IMG/VR virus record: IMGVR_UViG_3300028591_000145
Strand: one strand, 5' to 3'
DNA from: an uncultured virus (IMG/VR IMGVR_UViG_3300028591_000145)
Lineage: Duplodnaviria > Heunggongvirae > Uroviricota > Caudoviricetes
DNA length: 64,000 nucleotides
Below the pieces are notes generated by a model. It saw nothing but the letters and a program-made list of their open reading frames with translations. It was not told the origin of the DNA and searched no databases. Of this stretch, positions 59,222 through 64,000 are shown piece after piece. Each line of letters starts with the position of its first letter. Positions within the stretch are counted from its first letter, which is position 1. A program made the position numbers and the translations under genes.

Positions 59222-60895
59222 TTAAAACAAACTACCTACAATTTTAGTTGGTATACTTTCCGGTCTTCCTTGCCATTCTGCAAACATAGCAACTGCATCC
59301 ACGCAGTCATCATGCGGTACTTTTCCTGATACAGTGTAACTTAGTAACTGAGTTATAAATATTCCATAATCATCTTTATTTGAATATAAACTTCTGTCCT
59401 TAAAATAAATATGTTGTTTTACCCACGGAGCATATACAATTATCTTTGTCTCTTTATTTTTAGTTGTGTAGTTCTCAGTCACATTGCAATAAAAACCTTT
59501 GTCTTTTAATCGCTTATCTATTTCAAATGCAACTCTACTTCCACCATTATTGCTTTCTACTCTTAAAGCATGTACTCCGTTAGCAATAACTGTATTTACA
59601 GAACGCTCATACTGAATTTCATAATCAGACTCATCACTACAAATTATATCCGCAAGGTAATAATCATCGCCATATTTGTAGAATACTGGCTGAACAAAAA
59701 AGTCAGTTCCTTTATTCTTTGTATCCGCAATGGATAAAACAGCATCGGGCTGATTGGCGGGTAATGTTAAGTATCTCCGCAATTCATCTTCGTGATAAAG
59801 AAGCCCTTCACGTTCAATCGGTTGATTCATGTATAAACATCTGAATGACACATCATCCATTGACTGACGCATATCTTCGAAATACTCTTTTGAAAACCCT
59901 ACTCCATATCCGTATTCAAAATTACTTTCGCCATTTTCATCAAATGCAGGAATTGCAATAAATTTTGCCCTTGGGTCATGTTCATGTTCTGCCTGTAGTC
60001 TCCCGACCACATCCTGGCACGACCAACGAGTTTGGATGTGTATTTCTTTACACTGATCTTTCTTTCTGGTTTTTAAGTCTGTGTTGTACGTTTGCCATAA
60101 TTTATCTAATCGTTCTCTCGATAATGCTTCTTCAATACCTGAACAAAGGTCATCTGCATAAAGAATTTTCTCACATCTTGTAGCACCTGTAAGTGACGCA
60201 TTTATTGCCCTACATGTTAAAGTCTTAAATCGCTTTGGTTTTCCTACATTTATGGTTTGCTCCTTTGAATTCGTTCCGCTTCTTACATCAAAACTCACTT
60301 CAGGAAATATTTCATGCCATGTGTAATCATAACTATCAGTCAATATCTGGCTAATTCCGTCATAAAAACTTCTGGTCAGAATTCCAGAATGTGCAGACGC
60401 AAGGTTAGGCATATCAGGCCACCATCCCATACAGCCAGATAGAAGGAAGATACCACTTGTAGACTTTCCTGAACCCGGACACATAGAAATCGTAAGTAAA
60501 TCCAATTTGTCATCGAGCAAATCTTGCATACCTTGAATCACACCAAATTGAATAAACTTATCTCTTCTTGGCTCATAGAACCGTTTATCAGCATCTCTAT
60601 TCTTTTCAAGATATAGAAAATAACTGTCAACTTGTCTTTCATGCGCTTCTAGTAGCAGAAGTCTCCAATACAGTTCATCATATTTTCCACTACCAGTCTG
60701 CTGTGCCTGATACGCAGTCATTTCATGAGCATATTTACTAATCTTCATAGCATACTTACGCACATCGTCATCATTGAAAGATATCTGTTCGCGCATGTCA
60801 CAAAGAAGCTGCCATATATCATACTGATTCTGATATGCGGTCATATCGTCATTCATAATCTTGTTAAATATGCTTTTGTAATCAGAAAACTGCAT
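59222..60895 (-). CDS. terL: Terminase large subunit
   Basis: MCPGSGKS Walker A, YADDL, IQTRW...D, LYMNQP, PHDDCVDA; start taken at MQFSDY. Confidence 0.92.
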   Translation of the reverse strand: MQFSDYKSIFNKIMNDDMTAYQNQYDIWQLLCDMREQISFNDDDVRKYAMKISKYAHEMTAYQAQQTGSGKYDELYWRLLLLEAHERQVDSYFLYLEKNRDADKRFYEPRRDKFIQFGVIQGMQDLLDDKLDLLTISMCPGSGKSTSGIFLLSGCMGWWPDMPNLASAHSGILTRSFYDGISQILTDSYDYTWHEIFPEVSFDVRSGTNSKEQTINVGKPKRFKTLTCRAINASLTGATRCEKILYADDLCSGIEEALSRERLDKLWQTYNTDLKTRKKDQCKEIHIQTRWSCQDVVGRLQAEHEHDPRAKFIAIPAFDENGESNFEYGYGVGFSKEYFEDMRQSMDDVSFRCLYMNQPIEREGLLYHEDELRRYLTLPANQPDAVLSIADTKNKGTDFFVQPVFYKYGDDYYLADIICSDESDYEIQYERSVNTVIANGVHALRVESNNGGSRVAFEIDKRLKDKGFYCNVTENYTTKNKETKIIVYAPWVKQHIYFKDRSLYSNKDDYGIFITQLLSYTVSGKVPHDDCVDAVAMFAEWQGRPESIPTKIVGSLF

Positions 60896-60945
60896 AAAAA
60901 AGCCCCCGTTCCTGCTGTTGGAACCGAGGCTCATAAGGCTCTTAT

Positions 60946-61152
60946 TTATTCGGTGTTATCTACTAGATATGTCTTCTTGCACTTGCTGTTCTTACATATG
61001 AAATGTTGCCCTTTAATTATCGCACCTGTAGTTATTGGAAATTGATGCTTTCCGCAGAATGGACATGTTACCCATTCATACAAGCCTTTTTGTTCAATTT
61101 TCGCCGTATAACCTGATGCATCAGGTGGATTCATGAAATCCTGTTCTGTCAT
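60946..61152 (-). CDS. Com-like zinc-ribbon protein
   Basis: W..CPFCGK...ICKNSKCKK, followed by tandem GAGCC. Confidence 0.7.
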   Translation of the reverse strand: MTEQDFMNPPDASGYTAKIEQKGLYEWVTCPFCGKHQFPITTGAIIKGQHFICKNSKCKKTYLVDNTE

Positions 61153-61394
61153 TTCTCTGGCATTATCAATACTCTAATATGTTCTTGGTCATAACATTTT
61201 GATATATCATTGAAAACTTCTAATGTTCGTTCCTCTGTATCATAGCTACCTATAGCCGCACTTAAACCATCGCTTATAGATGCATAGATGATTTTTTCTT
61301 TCGTGAACAAGCCAAATATATTTTCAAAATTCAATATACATTTCTTATCTTGTGAAACTATGATCATCTTAGTCTCCTTCCGCATACCGGGCAA
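61149..61394 (-). CDS. Hypothetical phage protein
   Basis: MIIVSQDK...IG.Y.T.ER..EV...MP pattern. Confidence 0.6.
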   Translation of the reverse strand: MPGMRKETKMIIVSQDKKCILNFENIFGLFTKEKIIYASISDGLSAAIGSYDTEERTLEVFNDISKCYDQEHIRVLIMPEK

Positions 61395-61609
61395 TAATGG
61401 ATAGGATATGAATAATGAACTGTCTGCCCAACATCACGCCAGTTTGAAGTCTCTTTCCGTCTACTCTTTGTAATGCTGATTAACGAAACCTTGTAACTAT
61501 TAGACATTTCTGTATTAGAATCAGGATTGCAATTCTCTGAATCTGCGTATTTACGTTCAATACGCTTTAAATTCTTGTAGTCATGGCAAAAATTACATCT
61601 GTTATTCAC
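61364..61609 (-). CDS. Small zinc-finger protein
   Basis: CNFC...I.YCPVCGR. Confidence 0.65.
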   Translation of the reverse strand: MNNRCNFCHDYKNLKRIERKYADSENCNPDSNTEMSNSYKVSLISITKSRRKETSNWRDVGQTVHYSYPIHYCPVCGRRLR

Positions 61610-61636
61610 GTAGCGTCCTCACTTTTGATTTAATAA

Positions 61637-61697
61637 TAGCCACAGTCAGACTCGAACTGACGTTTGTATCCTGTCCTACCAACTAGACGATATGGCT
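61637..61697 (-). ncRNA. tRNA-like RNA lacking the anticodon arm
   Basis: Acceptor AGCCATA/TGTGGCT, D-arm GTCT-AGTTGGTA-GGAC, short linker AGGATACAAAC, T-arm GTCAG-TTCGAGT-CTGAC. Confidence 0.75.
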
Positions 61698-61735
61698 ACT
61701 CTCTATCGCATATACATTGCAATTATATATGCTAA

Positions 61736-61807
61736 CAGCGGTACACGGACTCGAACCATGAAATAAGCAGTCAAAGTGCCTCATTTTGCCAATTAAATTA
61801 TACCGCC
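61736..61807 (-). tRNA. tRNA-Gln(TTG)
   Basis: Cloverleaf; anticodon arm AGGCA-CTTTGAC-TGCTT; GGTTCGAGTCC; no encoded CCA. Confidence 0.85.
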
Positions 61808-61815
61808 GTGTAAAA

Positions 61816-63222
61816 TCACTTCTTCAACGCTTTTTCTAGATCTTCTACAACTTTTGGTTCTTCAAACCAGTATGCCCTACGTGTTCCTTCACGCTGCTGA
61901 TTGATTACTGAGCCACCTAGAAGAAAATCCACATGATCTACAACGTTCGGGATGAAATTATGACAAACGCTATTCGGATGTTTGCTCAACATAAATCTTT
62001 TAAACAGTGCGTCATCATTTTTTCCTTCTTTTCTCAAGTCTTCATACAGGTTATTCGGGATCACATCATTATAGTACCAATCCACAAATTCTGAAGTATA
62101 GCAATTAGGTATCCGTATACATGGAAATGAAAACCATGCCCAATTAAACTGTACTACTCCTATCATATTTACATTTCCACCGTCATTTACCTGATTACTA
62201 AATCCTGCTGCAAGTCCTGTATTATGTTCCTCCGTCAATTCTTTAAATCGACTGCTAATTACAACATCATCTTGTAAATGCCATATGCCACCTAAGTAGT
62301 TCTGATTTTTAGCAACCCATTTCATACTTTTTACGAACGAATCAAGATTGCCTACACCTTCTTTATCTTGCCATACAATGATATTATCTTTTGAAATACC
62401 TTGGTCAATCATTGAAGGAACTAGGTACTTATTTACATACCACATGCGTTTCTTACATGCATGAATCATGTATGCCATACTTAACCGTGTCTTTTTTGAT
62501 TTTAAGAAATTTTTTGACTTGCGATATTTCGCTATTTGTTCAAACGTATATTCTGAGTACTCTACCACTTCTGGCTGTTCCCACCATGTTTTGATCGCCG
62601 CATAATGGATTACTTTTGGATCACCTTGAAATTCCGTAAATAATGTACCATTATATGTTCCCGGCATTTCATATACATGACCTTGACAAAACTCCGTAAA
62701 TGCATCTTGTTCAATCCACGGATGTTGGTTCGTGTTTAATTCATCTATTACACGGTCAACCATACCATCACGTAATTTCTTTAGGTTAAACAGGCACACA
62801 CCGATGTTGTAATATATAAAACCATTTTTGCAACGGTCAGGTTCTTTTGATGCTGAAAAATAGTAATCATCTATCGGCAAATCCCATATATCTGAAATAT
62901 CTTGATCCACAATGGTATCTACATCTAATGATAGGATTCTGTCTAAATCTGGGAATAACTTCGAATACGTTGCCCTCATCATAGACATATAAGTAAAATG
63001 AGAGTGCATATTTGCACCATTAGGTTGAAAAAATGTCTGACCGGATACATTTATGCACTCTATCTCATTGGGAAGTGTATGAGGGAAAATATCATCTTCT
63101 ATAAGGAAGTATATTTTTTCTACATCTGAGTTAAGAAGCAGCGATTTAGCTGCTGTCACCATATATGGGTATAAATTACGTGTTCCGCTATAAGCAGCAA
63201 CTTTACTGAGTCTCTTCTTCAT
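61816..63222 (-). CDS. Two-domain glycosyltransferase (GT8-like plus a second GT-A-like domain)
   Basis: DRILSLDVD, YNIGV.L.NL, EQD, IHYA; second domain with WHLQDDV and VDH.D. Confidence 0.85.
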   Translation of the reverse strand: MKKRLSKVAAYSGTRNLYPYMVTAAKSLLLNSDVEKIYFLIEDDIFPHTLPNEIECINVSGQTFFQPNGANMHSHFTYMSMMRATYSKLFPDLDRILSLDVDTIVDQDISDIWDLPIDDYYFSASKEPDRCKNGFIYYNIGVCLFNLKKLRDGMVDRVIDELNTNQHPWIEQDAFTEFCQGHVYEMPGTYNGTLFTEFQGDPKVIHYAAIKTWWEQPEVVEYSEYTFEQIAKYRKSKNFLKSKKTRLSMAYMIHACKKRMWYVNKYLVPSMIDQGISKDNIIVWQDKEGVGNLDSFVKSMKWVAKNQNYLGGIWHLQDDVVISSRFKELTEEHNTGLAAGFSNQVNDGGNVNMIGVVQFNWAWFSFPCIRIPNCYTSEFVDWYYNDVIPNNLYEDLRKEGKNDDALFKRFMLSKHPNSVCHNFIPNVVDHVDFLLGGSVINQQREGTRRAYWFEEPKVVEDLEKALKK

Positions 63223-63547
63223 ATTCCATTTTTTCTTGTTCAGCCATTTTCTTTAGCTGTCTTATTAACTTTCGCTGCGCCCTACGTTTTAAATCCGCAT
63301 AAGCCATAAAGCTTATTTTGTAATGTTCAGGTGATTCAGCTTCTTCCCCGGTCATATAATGAGTACCTATAACTCTTCTATGAAGATGTTTCAGATGGAA
63401 AGAACCGAAATCCTTTATCTGGACATTTTTTTCTTTCATGATTGAATCACCAATCACCTTGAAAATATTTGTGAATATCTTTTCTACCGTTTCATGGTCA
63501 CAACCAGTATTCTTTTCAACGGCTTTTATTATGTTTTTCTCTGTCAT
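63203..63547 (-). CDS. HU/IHF-family DNA-binding protein
   Basis: VQIKDFGSF....R.......TGE....P....F. Confidence 0.8.
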   Translation of the reverse strand: MTEKNIIKAVEKNTGCDHETVEKIFTNIFKVIGDSIMKEKNVQIKDFGSFHLKHLHRRVIGTHYMTGEEAESPEHYKISFMAYADLKRRAQRKLIRQLKKMAEQEKMEYEEETQ

Positions 63548-63574
63548 ATCTAATCTCCGTCAAAATAAAATAAA

Positions 63575-63661
63575 TGGGTGAACGTGGAATCGAACCACGG
63601 GTGTTTCTCATGTAACAGATTTACAGTCTGCCGTAACTCAACCAACAGTTACCTTTCACCC
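63575..63661 (-). tRNA. tRNA-Tyr(GTA)
   Basis: Acceptor GGGTGAA/TTCACCC, anticodon arm GCAGA-CTGTAAA-TCTGT, long variable arm, GGTTCGATTCC. Confidence 0.88.
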
Positions 63662-64000
63662 ATATCTGCAAGGAGCCTTCACTCTACAGATGTATTATCG
63701 CCGTAATATTCAGTCACCGTTCTAACAAGTCTGAGCCTATGAATCGTCATCCATAAACTTCTTGCCAGTCTACAGCCTAACTGTACTGTAGAAAATAACG
63801 GATGGAATCGGTTCTCCACAACTAAATTCACGCAACATTCAGATTTTCATCATCTTTTAATGTTAAAATGTCGATTTGCGCTACTCGCTCTTTGCTCCGG
63901 TCTTATAGAATCATTTCTGACTCGCAACGACATAAATGGCTTGTTTGGTGTTCCGTATAGAGCCACATCAGTACCACCTGACGCAGATATACGGTTATTC
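63662..64000 (-). ncRNA. 3' part of a candidate large structured ncRNA (ROOL/GOLLD class)
   Basis: ORF-free, GC-richer than its surroundings, several helices, directly upstream of a phage tRNA; family resemblance is from recollection only. Confidence 0.55.

Overview
The window is most of the genome of a temperate, long-tailed siphophage of a low-GC Firmicute (probably Clostridia/Lachnospiraceae-like; host is inferred). It appears to be the excised or circular form, because an intact attP carrying a tRNA 3'-end core (25524-25546) lies between the integrase and the endolysin. Left arm (1-22.3 kb, minus strand): early genes for recombination, replication and DNA modification. Centre (22.5-25.4 kb, plus strand): cI, ImmA, an exported protein and the integrase. 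Right arm (25.6-64 kb, minus strand): lysis, an accessory cassette, tail, head and packaging genes, a glycosyltransferase, HU, tRNAs and a large ncRNA. Main highlights: (1) a complete diversity-generating retroelement (target VR, hairpin, avd, TR, RT) in the tail module, with adenine-specific TR/VR differences and an in-frame codon indel, whose RT carries two in-frame stops and a YMDY catalytic motif; (2) a two-hairpin leader motif shared by the major capsid gene, the major tail gene and a 288-aa gene of an autonomous 7-gene cassette of unknown function; (3) an ~800-bp array of stem-closed RNA modules upstream of recT; (4) tRNA-like RNAs lacking a normal anticodon arm and a ROOL/GOLLD-type large ncRNA candidate; (5) an (ACAG)n-frameshifted, probably phase-variable PAPS-reductase-like gene. 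All family assignments are by eye from motifs and synteny; no database search was run.
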